The position numbers and the translations under genes were made by a program. Shown here one piece after another: positions 8,335-18,325 of a stretch of 44,244 bases of DNA. Where the stretch lies: positions 1 to 44,244 of the forward strand of contig JBFMCE010000019.1 of assembly GCA_040754655.1 (NCBI GenBank), in the 5' to 3' direction. This stretch comes from Bdellovibrionota bacterium. GTDB lineage: Bacteria; Bdellovibrionota; UBA1018; UBA923. The stretch's first letter is position 1, and each line of letters starts with the position of its first letter. Below the pieces are notes generated by a model. That model saw only the letters and a list, made by a program, of their open reading frames with translations, was not told where the DNA came from and did no database searches.

Positions 8335-9329
8335 TTCGCTAAAAGTTCCTTCATGTCTTGCGGCAGTTTGCTTTCAAGTTCAAGCCATTGACCCAAGGGT
8401 TCGTGGTAAAAACGCAAGTAGCGACTGTGCAGAGCCTGACGGTCCGCCTTCAAAACACCTAAGGCGTCGTCAGTCAGAGCACGGGTGTGAATATAGTCCA
8501 AAAAAATCTGGTCATCTGGTCCATAGAGCTTGTCGCCCACCACCGGGTGCCCTACCGAAGCCAGATGAACGCGGATCTGGTGCTGGCGGCCAGTCATGAG
8601 TTCGCAATCCACAAGCGAGGCATTCTTGCCGCGCTCTACGACGTTGAAGTGGGTGAGCGCGTCCGTGGTCCCTTCTCCTTTGGGAAAGGCAGCCATCTTG
8701 AGCCGAATATGCGACTTGCTGTCAGGACCGATGTCGGCGTCTACCGTAAACCGTTCTTGAACGGGGTGACCCGCGACGACAGCCGAGTATCGTTTCTGAG
8801 TTTTGCGCTCCCGAAACTGCTCTACGAGTTTTGCCGCGGTAGCGCTGGTTTTTGCGAGCAAGATCACCCCGCTGGTTTCGCGGTCGAGCCTATGGACGAG
8901 AAAAAAATCTTGCCCCGGGGTCTTGATCCATTCCGCGCGCTCTCTGCGCAAGGACATGAGAAGGGTATTGAATAAAAACTTCCCCGCGGGATGCACCGGC
9001 AGATTGCCTGGTTTATCGATCCCTAAGAGGTGATCGTCTTCGTAAAGAACCTTGTAGTTGAAATCGACATCGGGCTCTTTGACGTGTCCCAGGTCGGTAA
9101 CGACTTGTATCACGTCGCCAGGGCGCAGCGTGGTCGACGCTTTCAGGTTCTTGCCTGGCATTTTGATTCGGCCCGAATCGATCATGGTCTGCAGCTTGTT
9201 TCGAGAGAAGTGCTTGTACTGGGTGCACAAGAAACGGTCGGCCCGCCAGCCTTCGTGGTGGTCGTCGACCCGGTGGCTTACGATCAAAACATCATCAATG
9301 AGTTCGCGCTTTCGATATTCACCGGGCAT
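8331..9329 (-). CDS. RluA/RluD-family pseudouridine synthase with S4 domain
   Basis: DKPGNLPVHP, HRLDRETSG, TGRQHQIRVH and GHPVVGDKLY motifs. Confidence 0.93.
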   Translation of the reverse strand: MPGEYRKRELIDDVLIVSHRVDDHHEGWRADRFLCTQYKHFSRNKLQTMIDSGRIKMPGKNLKASTTLRPGDVIQVVTDLGHVKEPDVDFNYKVLYEDDHLLGIDKPGNLPVHPAGKFLFNTLLMSLRRERAEWIKTPGQDFFLVHRLDRETSGVILLAKTSATAAKLVEQFRERKTQKRYSAVVAGHPVQERFTVDADIGPDSKSHIRLKMAAFPKGEGTTDALTHFNVVERGKNASLVDCELMTGRQHQIRVHLASVGHPVVGDKLYGPDDQIFLDYIHTRALTDDALGVLKADRQALHSRYLRFYHEPLGQWLELESKLPQDMKELLAK

Positions 9330-9437
9330 AGAGAGGTGGTTTTTACATGAAATCGGGGCGCTTCACAATGAGATCGGTTGAATGCGAGTGAGTTAAGGCT
9401 TTGTCCCATAAATGTAGAGGCTTTTTGGCTTTTTTCT

Positions 9438-11639
9438 TCAGTACTTGGTCTTTATCAAAAATGAAATCGCCTGCTCAGCGCAGTGCTGGCAGTAATTGAA
9501 CTTTGAAACCAAATTGCCAACGGTTTGCATCGCCAGTCGGTAATGATCACTGGTTGAGTCTGCTTTTTCAGTGCCTGAAAACTGGATGGAGTCACCAATT
9601 TTCTTCATCTGCGACTTTTGTTGATTGAAGTAATGGTCTTCAAGGCGCTTCATGTACTCTGGAAAAACCTGCCGATAATCCACCGGCTGGTTGGGATGAT
9701 CTAGCGCGAATGCGCCAATGGCCGAGATGACGTTGTTTCGGAAGGCCTCGCGTTCCGTGCCTCCAGCCGGAGCGTCAATGATGTGCTCGAACTCATCGAT
9801 GAGATGGGTATCGGGCGCCTCAGACTTGCCGGTGACGGCGTTCTTGATCTTTTCTTTTTTGAGCAGGTGCGAAAGGTGGACGATGTATTTTTTCAGGAAC
9901 TCTTCGTATTGCCGTATCTCAAACACTCCCATGGATTCACGCACTTCTTGGTCGAGAATGGCGATGTATTCTTGTTTCACGACGTTGATGAATTCGTGAT
10001 TGTCGTGGTAGCCATCTTTCACGTCTTGCTTCAAGAAATCGTACTCGGAAAGGCGTTTTACGAAATCTTCGAGCTCTCTGAAAACCGTGAGGGGGCTCAA
10101 GCAGATGGCCTCAGGATTCTGGGCTGAATCATAGAGGATGCTTTTGATCTCTCTGGCAGAGGCGCCCATTCGGCCTTCATAATAAGGAACATTTGAATAC
10201 TCGTCTTTGAGCCTGCGAATCGCCGCACGCAAGAGCTTTTTTTCTTCCGGTGAGATGTGCGAAGGCATTCCTGCGTGATCATACAGCTTGGCTTTTTCAA
10301 GAGGAGTCAGGCTGCCGATGATGTTCGTAAGATTGGGCGGGTAGTGAATCGCATTGGGTTTCTTTAGCCGGGTCAGCACGGCCCACAGAGCCGCCACAAA
10401 GGTCGTGTGCGGCGTCACATGTTTTCCGCCCGCGATCTTATCAATATTGATGTCGTAGATTTTCTTTTCTTGAGAGTATTCGAGCAAATAAGGAACGCGG
10501 ACAAGTTCGATGCGCGCCTTGAATGAAGTGAAGTCAGGAAACTCTTTGAAGGCATCGAGCTGAAGTTCGTTTGTCGAGCCGATCAAAACCGTATCAAGGC
10601 TTGCAATGCTGGAACCCACGTTGACTGAGCCCGACTCACAGGCGATGAGCAGGTACTTGAACGTGTCCACGGGGCGTTTCAAAAGATCAGCGTATTCGAC
10701 GATGCCTCGGTTGCCATCAATGAGGTCGCCAGAGAGTTCGAACAGCGAAAGGCCTTGCAACGATGGAGGTAGGTAAGCCAGGCTCTTGTCCATGGTGACC
10801 TGGCGGCTCTGCGCATCAACGTGAAGTTGAGGTTCAATTGTCACTGCTCCAGAGCGGTAGCGTTTCGATACGAAGAAACGTTCAACCTGGACATGCATCA
10901 GCACCTTTTTAAGATCGCCTTTATAAGTCGAGAGCAATGCTTCAAAGATCTGGTTGCTCTTATGGCTTAAGCTTCCTTTCAGGAGGTAGTCTGAGAGATA
11001 AGCATCTTTGTTGCCAAAGAGCGTTCCAAAAAAGTCTCGCCTTGCTCCTGAAGGCAAAAGCAAGAGGGGGTGGTCTCGAAGTTCGCAGGGGATTTTTGCC
11101 GCAATTTCCTCTTCTGGCAGCTTTGCGTAAGACGAAACCGTCGTGCGTGCGCCCGAGTAAGAAGAAAGCCCAAGCCCACCTTTGAGGAATTTCTCGACGG
11201 GAAAAATCCAATTGAAACGATAAAGCGCCCCTTCAGGGGCTTCGCTATAGCGTTCAAGCCCCCGAATCAAACATTGGATCAAACTCGACTTCGCAGATCC
11301 ATTGGGGCCATGCAATAAGATGAGCTTGTTGTTGATGCCTTCTTTGACGAAATTCTGAAGGGTGCGATAGATGTCCGTCTGAACCTCATTGTGGCCAACG
11401 ACGCGGTAGCGAGGGTCTTCAAACTCGAGGTCAAAAACCTTGAAATGATTGTGCCCGCTTTTGGTCTCTTCTTTTCCAAAGTAATCCATCATGTCGATGG
11501 TGTACTGAGCGGAGCCTCGAATGTGCTGGCGCGGGTTTGAAGCCACGAGCTCGACATATTCATCGAAAGCGAGAATGCGGTTGTTTTTCTCGAACTCAGT
11601 TTTTACTTGAGCTTCAATTTTGGAAAGAATCGAATCCAT
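9438..11639 (-). CDS. prkA: PrkA-family AAA+ serine protein kinase
   Basis: LLHGPNGSAKS Walker A, GDLIDGNRGIVEY, RIELVRVPYLL and GASARE motifs. Confidence 0.85.
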   Translation of the reverse strand: MDSILSKIEAQVKTEFEKNNRILAFDEYVELVASNPRQHIRGSAQYTIDMMDYFGKEETKSGHNHFKVFDLEFEDPRYRVVGHNEVQTDIYRTLQNFVKEGINNKLILLHGPNGSAKSSLIQCLIRGLERYSEAPEGALYRFNWIFPVEKFLKGGLGLSSYSGARTTVSSYAKLPEEEIAAKIPCELRDHPLLLLPSGARRDFFGTLFGNKDAYLSDYLLKGSLSHKSNQIFEALLSTYKGDLKKVLMHVQVERFFVSKRYRSGAVTIEPQLHVDAQSRQVTMDKSLAYLPPSLQGLSLFELSGDLIDGNRGIVEYADLLKRPVDTFKYLLIACESGSVNVGSSIASLDTVLIGSTNELQLDAFKEFPDFTSFKARIELVRVPYLLEYSQEKKIYDINIDKIAGGKHVTPHTTFVAALWAVLTRLKKPNAIHYPPNLTNIIGSLTPLEKAKLYDHAGMPSHISPEEKKLLRAAIRRLKDEYSNVPYYEGRMGASAREIKSILYDSAQNPEAICLSPLTVFRELEDFVKRLSEYDFLKQDVKDGYHDNHEFINVVKQEYIAILDQEVRESMGVFEIRQYEEFLKKYIVHLSHLLKKEKIKNAVTGKSEAPDTHLIDEFEHIIDAPAGGTEREAFRNNVISAIGAFALDHPNQPVDYRQVFPEYMKRLEDHYFNQQKSQMKKIGDSIQFSGTEKADSTSDHYRLAMQTVGNLVSKFNYCQHCAEQAISFLIKTKY

Positions 11640-11708
11640 GCGAGCTCCCCTCGAACCACATCATAGCGAGTTCCGAGCGACACGTCTAGCTAACAGCAGT
11701 AGAAAGCA

Positions 11709-13427
11709 TTATTGGATGGGTTTAAGGGCAATTCGCCTTTGTTGTTCGGAAAAATAATTTTCCGGGCGAATCGTCGAGTGTTTGCGCAGGTAATCAACAA
11801 TGAGGTCTCGGAGCCAGACTCCCTCGAAAACAGTCTTCCTGGAAGATTTTACTTTTGAGTAGACATGCAGTTGGTGATCACCCCCATGGCTAAGGTAATC
11901 GATGGTCGCGAGCCGATAGGTTTGACCGTCTTGAATGCGACGCCCCGCCGTGTCTTTAAGATCAACGATCAAGTTTCTCTCCCAGACCTCTTTCTTGCCA
12001 TCTTTATTCAGGTCTCGGTCCCAGGGACCTGCAAGGTTTGTGGGCACATCGAGCCTCGTGATCAGAAGCCCGCTGAACGGTGATATGCCATGAGCGCCGC
12101 TCAATGAGATTTCCAGGAGTTGCCTGAGTTCTCTGCCTTTGAGTTCAACTACAACCAAGCTGTTGCTGAATGGAGCCACGCTAAACACGTGCCCGAAGTT
12201 CAACTCGCCCTCAGGTAGGTCGGCTCGAATGCCTCCGGCATTGACGAGGGAGAAATCCGCGTTGGTGGTTTCTTTCGCCGCGGCTAAAAGCGCATCCGCG
12301 ATGAGATTGCCCAAGGGATTTTCTGAAAGATAGTTTCGCTCAAAACCCGCTGAGCTCGTGCCGACGATCCTTGCCTTGGCCTGGGCCGCCGTATCACGAA
12401 AGGGCTTCAAAACTTGGCTTACCTCGGGAACATCTGCTTTTTCAGGCACGGAAATAAATTCATGGAACTCTGCGTTCCACCGCCTGCGGTTCGCATCGAA
12501 TGAGAGTTTGGTGAGACCTACGACTTCAGCGGAATGCCCTGATTGCACCACGGGTGTGCCTGCGATATTCTCAAAAGCTCTCACGTGAGTATGCCCGGCA
12601 AATACGATATCAAGAGTTCCTTGAGGAAGCTCACGAAGAAGCTTCAATATCTCTGCTTGATGCCCTTCGGTCTGGCAGTTCCCCGAAGAGCGGTCGCACA
12701 CAAGGCCGGCATGGGTGACTAGGGCCACGAAGTCGCATCGGTTGTTTTTCCTAAGCTTCTCGGCTTCTTTAAGAACGACATCGCGAAGGGGTTCAAACTT
12801 CACTCTTTTCAAGAGAGTGGGCAAGACGATGTGATTCGCTTGAGGAGTCGTGGCTCCGATGGCGCAGAGAGTGAGACCGTTTCTTTTAAAGACCATGCGC
12901 GGGCGAAAGAGCGTTCTTTGGCCAAGAGCATTCATTCTTGCTTGAGGGCAAGAACGTGGTTTCGCGCAGAGTTGAGCTTTGCCTTGTTCCGTCTTGTACA
13001 CGGCGTTGGCTGAAATCCATGGATACTGGGCTTCTGAAGCGCGTGCGAGGATATTCCCCGCGGGATCTTCCCCGTCTTTAGGAAATACACGGTTGGGTAC
13101 GTCTGGCCCAAAATCAAACTCATGGTTTCCAACGGCAGCAGCGTCAGGCTTAAGTATATTGTAAAGTGAAACGACCGCCCTTCCTTTGGCGAGGTTGCCC
13201 TCAAGCGAGCCTTGAAAAAGATCCCCAGAATCAAAGTAGACAAATCTCTCTTGATGTTGCTTGCGAAGGTCTTGAATCGTTTTGGCGAGACCCTCTGCCT
13301 TTCCAAGAGCAGCATGAAAGTCGGTCGTTGAGGCGATCACAAACTCAGTCTTGCCGCCTGAGTTTTGAGGCGAATGCGAACAACCGAAGGTCATAGCCAT
13401 GAGTGCGATCGCGAGGCGGGTGTGCAT
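11709..13427 (-). CDS. bifunctional metallophosphatase/5'-nucleotidase lipoprotein
   Basis: Lipobox TFGC and TTDFH, DSGDLFQG, GNHEFD, AGHTH, NAGGIRADL motifs. Confidence 0.9.
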   Translation of the reverse strand: MHTRLAIALMAMTFGCSHSPQNSGGKTEFVIASTTDFHAALGKAEGLAKTIQDLRKQHQERFVYFDSGDLFQGSLEGNLAKGRAVVSLYNILKPDAAAVGNHEFDFGPDVPNRVFPKDGEDPAGNILARASEAQYPWISANAVYKTEQGKAQLCAKPRSCPQARMNALGQRTLFRPRMVFKRNGLTLCAIGATTPQANHIVLPTLLKRVKFEPLRDVVLKEAEKLRKNNRCDFVALVTHAGLVCDRSSGNCQTEGHQAEILKLLRELPQGTLDIVFAGHTHVRAFENIAGTPVVQSGHSAEVVGLTKLSFDANRRRWNAEFHEFISVPEKADVPEVSQVLKPFRDTAAQAKARIVGTSSAGFERNYLSENPLGNLIADALLAAAKETTNADFSLVNAGGIRADLPEGELNFGHVFSVAPFSNSLVVVELKGRELRQLLEISLSGAHGISPFSGLLITRLDVPTNLAGPWDRDLNKDGKKEVWERNLIVDLKDTAGRRIQDGQTYRLATIDYLSHGGDHQLHVYSKVKSSRKTVFEGVWLRDLIVDYLRKHSTIRPENYFSEQQRRIALKPIQ

Positions 13428-13458
13428 TTTATTTTGATAGCTGTCCGGGTTCAGATGT

Positions 13459-15606
13459 TCAAGTAGCTTTAATCTTTGTCAACCGGCCTTCGCAGGCTTT
13501 GGTTTCCTTAGGTCTTAAGCGTCTTTGGAATCCATCGAACTGTGTGTGGCTCTTTTCCGATCTGTTCTTTGCAAATGAAACCGCAATCACCTCGTCATAA
13601 GACCGCCGTTTGATTTCTATGAGCAACTCGCCGTGTTGGGGTTCAGTTTGTCGAACAAATATTTTTTCAGCCTCGACCAAAGTGAACTGAGGATGAGGAG
13701 GTTGTGGTTTGAGGATACTTTGGTAGAGCGCGGCGGTCTTTGCGGGATCGGTCGTGAAGATCTGGTTTCCTACTACGACAGCGGTGTTGCCGTCTCTAAA
13801 ATGCGTCAAGCGAACGAACGGTTTGTTCTTTGTCGCGGCATTTTCAATCGACTCTTTGATCTCGCGAGAGAAGATCTGCCGCGCGCTTTGGATGGCGGCG
13901 GTTCGCTCAGCAGCGCCAAGTGCGTGCGTCGCCTGACGGGGAAGAGGAGTGTCCGCCGAAATCTTCTGTTGAAGAGGTTGTTTTAAAACCTCGAGAAAAC
14001 TCTTGAGCGCCTTGGTGGCGCTTGGGGTCGTTTTGGCGCGACCCATTTCAATAGTCTTTTCAAATTCCTTTTCTTGAACCGTGATTTGGAAAACGGCGTC
14101 AGTCTCATGCACTGTGATCGCATCGACGGGAATAATCCCGAAACGCTTTGAATGAAGCGCGCCCCAGTAAAGCGCAGACGAACGCTTGGGTTGTGTCGTG
14201 TATAGCTTATCGCCAACGATCAAATCCGTATGCTGGTCGGTATAGCGGGTGAACCGCAAGAAGGGCGTCGTTGCATCGGCGGGTCGCTCAATGGAGGTAA
14301 GAATTTCGTGCTGTAGAATCTGCGCCGCCTCTGTATTGCGACGGTCTTTCTCGGCCCGAGGCAGCTTGGAAATGGTTGGCGCGCGACGAGTCGAGGGTGT
14401 TGCCGTTGCAGCTTTAGCGGTTTCGACTTTCTTCTTGCGAGGTTTAGTGGCTTTAGGTTGTTGCGCCGTTGCACTGCCTTGAGGCGTGGGGCGCAAGTAT
14501 TCAGTTTCTACGAAATAAATGGCCCTGCTCAGTACTTCCGCGAACTCGATTCGTATCCGTTGCAAGGAATTGTCGGTTTCAACGGGGTTTTCTTTCGCGC
14601 TTTGCAAGGCATCTTTAAGGTTTGAAAGTGCCGCTGTCATTTCGGGTGACGACTGAAAGTACCCTTCGATTGCTTCGACTGTTTGCTTTGAGAGAGGCAA
14701 GGAGCCGTTTTCCGCAGCCATCGATAATAAAGCATCACGCAAAACAAGTCCTGCTTTTTGTTTGAGATCTTCAGACTCTCCAAGGGTTTTATGTGCCGAC
14801 TTGCCTAGGATGCGCAAAACCCAAAAGGCCTTTCTCTGCTGCTCAGGACTCAGGGGTGCGGCGTAGTCTACGCCAGTCAACAGTCCTTCCACGGTCGTAA
14901 TGCTTCTTGGAGAGTAACGCAACAGAAGGCTGCCTGCGGCTTTCTCAACGACTGCGGAGTTTGCGCTGAGAAATAACTTTGCCACGGTCGCTTCTACTTC
15001 AGGGGAAATTTCCCGAAACGGCGCCAATAGTTTCTTTGCTAAAGGCGCAGTCTCTTCCTTTGCCAAGAACTCGAGTACGATCAGGTTCGCAAGCGCCGTC
15101 TTATCGGTAGCGTTCTCAAGAGCCGCTGTTGCAAGCTCAAGGGCTCTTTGCCCTAGATCGCTCGTCTTGGAAGCTTGAATCTGAGGTTTTTGCGCCTGGA
15201 TCCTTTTATTTGAGCCTAGTCGTCCGAGCCGCTCGCTTCTCGCCCGCTGGGTTTTTTGCTGGTAGGCGAGCGAGGTCCAAATAAGGTTCGAAGCGACCTC
15301 GTAGTCCGTCGTCTTCGCCTGTTCAAGAAGATCAAGGATTCTATCGCTTTTGAGACTGAACGGGCTGCGTCTTTCAATCTCTCTTAGACAAAATGCCAGG
15401 TCCCTCTGTTCATCCACTGAGATCGGCAGCCCTTTGCCAAGCCGCTCATCCAAGTCGCCTAAGAGCTCTGAAGCTCTTGCGATCACCTGAGTGAGGGAAG
15501 GCTGTTGATTACGGTCAAAATGAGCTAGAACCGAGGCGGCAAAAAAGATGTTTAAGCCAATGAGAAGAATCCAACCCCTAAAGTTCATGCTGGGGGCTTG
15601 TATCAC
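13459..15606 (-). CDS. secreted hypothetical protein with a tandem duplicated C-terminal domain
   Basis: Signal peptide, helical N-half, Lys/Ala/Thr linker, then two similar ~110-aa repeats. Confidence 0.7.
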   Translation of the reverse strand: MIQAPSMNFRGWILLIGLNIFFAASVLAHFDRNQQPSLTQVIARASELLGDLDERLGKGLPISVDEQRDLAFCLREIERRSPFSLKSDRILDLLEQAKTTDYEVASNLIWTSLAYQQKTQRARSERLGRLGSNKRIQAQKPQIQASKTSDLGQRALELATAALENATDKTALANLIVLEFLAKEETAPLAKKLLAPFREISPEVEATVAKLFLSANSAVVEKAAGSLLLRYSPRSITTVEGLLTGVDYAAPLSPEQQRKAFWVLRILGKSAHKTLGESEDLKQKAGLVLRDALLSMAAENGSLPLSKQTVEAIEGYFQSSPEMTAALSNLKDALQSAKENPVETDNSLQRIRIEFAEVLSRAIYFVETEYLRPTPQGSATAQQPKATKPRKKKVETAKAATATPSTRRAPTISKLPRAEKDRRNTEAAQILQHEILTSIERPADATTPFLRFTRYTDQHTDLIVGDKLYTTQPKRSSALYWGALHSKRFGIIPVDAITVHETDAVFQITVQEKEFEKTIEMGRAKTTPSATKALKSFLEVLKQPLQQKISADTPLPRQATHALGAAERTAAIQSARQIFSREIKESIENAATKNKPFVRLTHFRDGNTAVVVGNQIFTTDPAKTAALYQSILKPQPPHPQFTLVEAEKIFVRQTEPQHGELLIEIKRRSYDEVIAVSFAKNRSEKSHTQFDGFQRRLRPKETKACEGRLTKIKAT

Positions 15607-15629
15607 AAGATCTCCGTAAATAAGAATGG

Positions 15630-16172
15630 TTAAATATCAGACTGTTTCAGCGACGCCCGAACCCCGGCTGAGCTGACGAAAGAATCGATGTAACGCGTAT
15701 TAGTGTCTAATGCGAAATACACCCTGGCTATCGTAGCGACACTGAAAAGGGCAGCGGCAAAGCTTGGCCATCTTGCTTGGGAGATGAAGAAAGCAAGGAT
15801 GGCAAGGCTAAGAAGGTGCAAGCCCATGAAGGGTAAAATCTTGAATTTCAAGCGGCGCGAAGCGATTACCAACCATTGCTCAACACTTCTTGGGTTGTTC
15901 TGATGCGCTAGTTGAAGGTTCCTGCCGATCATGAAAAGGATCGAAAACGTAACAGAATGCGCAAAGATCGCGCTCAGGAACGCGGCGATCGCCGTATGGG
16001 GGAGAAAGAGAAACAAACCAGCCCCTACGACGGTACTCAAGTGGGCCAGCACGGCCACCATCAGGCACAGAATCAATTGCAGCAGTTGCAACAAAAGGCA
16101 GATCAAGTGGATTCGCCTTAAGTTCGACATCGCTTGTTGCTGCAGCTCAAAGTGTGGATTCGCCGTACCCAT
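15630..16172 (-). CDS. hypothetical membrane protein
   Basis: About four hydrophobic segments, co-oriented with the downstream gene. Start uncertain. Confidence 0.55.
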   Translation of the reverse strand: MGTANPHFELQQQAMSNLRRIHLICLLLQLLQLILCLMVAVLAHLSTVVGAGLFLFLPHTAIAAFLSAIFAHSVTFSILFMIGRNLQLAHQNNPRSVEQWLVIASRRLKFKILPFMGLHLLSLAILAFFISQARWPSFAAALFSVATIARVYFALDTNTRYIDSFVSSAGVRASLKQSDI

Positions 16173-16219
16173 AGGTTTCGTAAGGGTACAAGTGAGCAGG
16201 GTGGGTTGTCAAAACTGGA

Positions 16220-16906
16220 TTGCCTGATAGCTTGTGCCCTGCCCGACGAAGGGGGGATCTCTTGAAGCGCAAGCCGAAGAGGAGTTGGTTTTCGACTCTG
16301 GTTTTGTTCTCTTTTATCATGCCCGCGCTTGCTGGCGCCGCCGACGTGCAAAGCACTGCCGACGCTGAAACTCAAGAGGCGCAAAACGCTGTTTTAACGA
16401 AGCCGAACCTAGGATTCTTTCTCGGAGCCTATTTCCTTGAACCCAGAGAGCTTAGCAATTCATTGGCGAGCGCTCCTGTTTTCGTGGCCCAACCCCTGGC
16501 CAAGTTTTGGGTGCAAGCGCCCGTGCGATTTTTTCAGAGAACATTTTTGATTCTGCCTGACTTGGGCGTCCTTCTGCCAGAGTCGACTCGAGAACAGCAG
16601 ACCCGGTGGTCTGGCCTGATTGGCTTGAATCTGGGCCTAGGCTTCTCGCAGCGGTGGATCGCGAAAACTGGCATCGGCGTGCACTGGAATTGGCTGCAAT
16701 CAAATGGCAGGAATGCCGAGATCGGGGGCAGTTTCGTCACTCCGTCGGGAAGCGCGCTGAGTTGGTTTTTCACGTTGAACTTGGGTTTGAGTTATTTGAT
16801 CGATTCGAAGTTTAGAGTCGAGTTTGATACCGGGCTTGCGCGTCCGCTTGATTCGGTGGCGAGAAAACTTCGCTGGGTGTTGGGAATGGCATATGCGTTC
16901 AATTAA
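16220..16906 (+). CDS. exported protein, probable outer-membrane beta-barrel
   Basis: Signal-like segment, amphipathic strands and terminal LGMAYAFN. Start uncertain. Confidence 0.6.
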   Translation: MPDSLCPARRRGDLLKRKPKRSWFSTLVLFSFIMPALAGAADVQSTADAETQEAQNAVLTKPNLGFFLGAYFLEPRELSNSLASAPVFVAQPLAKFWVQAPVRFFQRTFLILPDLGVLLPESTREQQTRWSGLIGLNLGLGFSQRWIAKTGIGVHWNWLQSNGRNAEIGGSFVTPSGSALSWFFTLNLGLSYLIDSKFRVEFDTGLARPLDSVARKLRWVLGMAYAFN

Positions 16907-17672
16907 TTTGATGTTGGCTTTAGCGCTTGGATTTCTTGCTTGCTGCAAGCCTCATCTTGCATTGGCATTTACGCTTTTGCCCTCGGCCGGAACTGAAAAC
17001 GCAAGGTGGCGCCAATCACCGGTGCGGTATTTCGTGAACACGGCATCATCACCCTTTTCCCATGATCAGACCTTAGAGATCGTTCAAGATGCGTTGAATC
17101 TCTGGAATTCCGTTCCACAGTCAAGCCTGAGACTTGAGCTCGGAGGGGCTACCTCCGTTTCGGCGGAAGCGCTCGTGCGGAACACCTCAAATGAAACCGC
17201 GATCGTTTTTGATCCTCATTTCACGGCAACCATTCCCGGAACCAGCGGATCAGTGCTCGCTGTCGCGACCGCGCTGCGAGAAGGAGAGGTCTATGTGCGA
17301 GGCCTCGTCGTAGTGAACGCAGGCTCCCCCGGCGTCACGCGCGCGCGCCCCGAAGACCTGCAGGTGATCCTCTCGCATGAAACGGGTCATACCTTTGGTC
17401 TGGGCCATACCAATGATGATGCGGCACTGATGTATCCAACGGCAAAGCCCGTCAGTAAACTGGGTCGCGACGATGTGCTGGGGCTCACGTACCTCTATCC
17501 CCGCAAAGAGCTTGAACAAGACGGCGCTTTCGGATGTGGTACGTTTGAGGCCCGTCAAAAGGGCCCTCCAAGCGATTCGTGGCCTGGCGTCGTTCCCATC
17601 GGGGTGAGCCTTCTCTTGGTCGCGGCGTACAGAAGAATTTTCAACAGAGTCGTCAAGGGCGCACGAGTTTGA
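16893..17672 (+). CDS. matrixin (M10/metzincin) metalloprotease with C-terminal membrane anchor
   Basis: HETGHTFGLGH zinc motif, ALMYP Met-turn, signal peptide and C-terminal TM plus basic residues. Confidence 0.88.
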   Translation: MRSINLMLALALGFLACCKPHLALAFTLLPSAGTENARWRQSPVRYFVNTASSPFSHDQTLEIVQDALNLWNSVPQSSLRLELGGATSVSAEALVRNTSNETAIVFDPHFTATIPGTSGSVLAVATALREGEVYVRGLVVVNAGSPGVTRARPEDLQVILSHETGHTFGLGHTNDDAALMYPTAKPVSKLGRDDVLGLTYLYPRKELEQDGAFGCGTFEARQKGPPSDSWPGVVPIGVSLLLVAAYRRIFNRVVKGARV

Positions 17673-18291
17673 TGCCCTTTTCCTTGATCTGAGCCATCAG
17701 CGCATGAAATGCCTTGGCTCGATGGCTGATCTTGTTTTTCTCTTCAAGAGAAAGTTCCGCCAAAGTCTTATCGCTTCCAGTCACCAAGAAAAGAGGATCA
17801 TAGCCAAAGCCGCGCGATCCGCGTGGCGCTTCGAGGATTTGGCCTTCCATCGCGCCCGTTGAGCTTAAGACCACTCCTTCCACGAAGAACACTAAAGTGC
17901 ATGTGAACCTTGCCGTGCGTTTTTCCTTAGGCACGTTTTTAAGTTCGTCGAGGAGCTTGCGGTTATTGGCGAGGTCTTGAGTGTCACCAGGTTTAAGGGT
18001 TGCATAACGATCCGAGAATACCCCAGGTCTTCCTTCGAGCGCATCGACTTCAAGGCCTGAGTCATCGCTGATGGTAGGATATTTAGAGGCCAAATGACCT
18101 AGCTTCCCTTTGTTAAAGGCGTTCTGGTAATAAGTGGTCCCGGTTTCAGCTTCCTTGAGACTTGAAACATTGAAAACCAACTCTTCCAGGGTCTTGAATT
18201 GCAAGTCAGGGTATTCCTGAAAAAGGGCCTGGTATTCGTGAATTTTCCCGCGATTGAGTGAAGATAACATGATGATATTCGTTGCACGCAT
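17653..18291 (-). CDS. rdgB: non-canonical purine NTP pyrophosphatase (RdgB/HAM1)
   Basis: SDDSGLEVDAL, PGVFSDRY, GFGYDPLF and KNKISHR motifs. Confidence 0.93.
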   Translation of the reverse strand: MRATNIIMLSSLNRGKIHEYQALFQEYPDLQFKTLEELVFNVSSLKEAETGTTYYQNAFNKGKLGHLASKYPTISDDSGLEVDALEGRPGVFSDRYATLKPGDTQDLANNRKLLDELKNVPKEKRTARFTCTLVFFVEGVVLSSTGAMEGQILEAPRGSRGFGYDPLFLVTGSDKTLAELSLEEKNKISHRAKAFHALMAQIKEKGIKLVRP

Positions 18292-18325
18292 AGGCCCCAA
18301 GATTAATGGCAAGAAGCCAGGCCTG

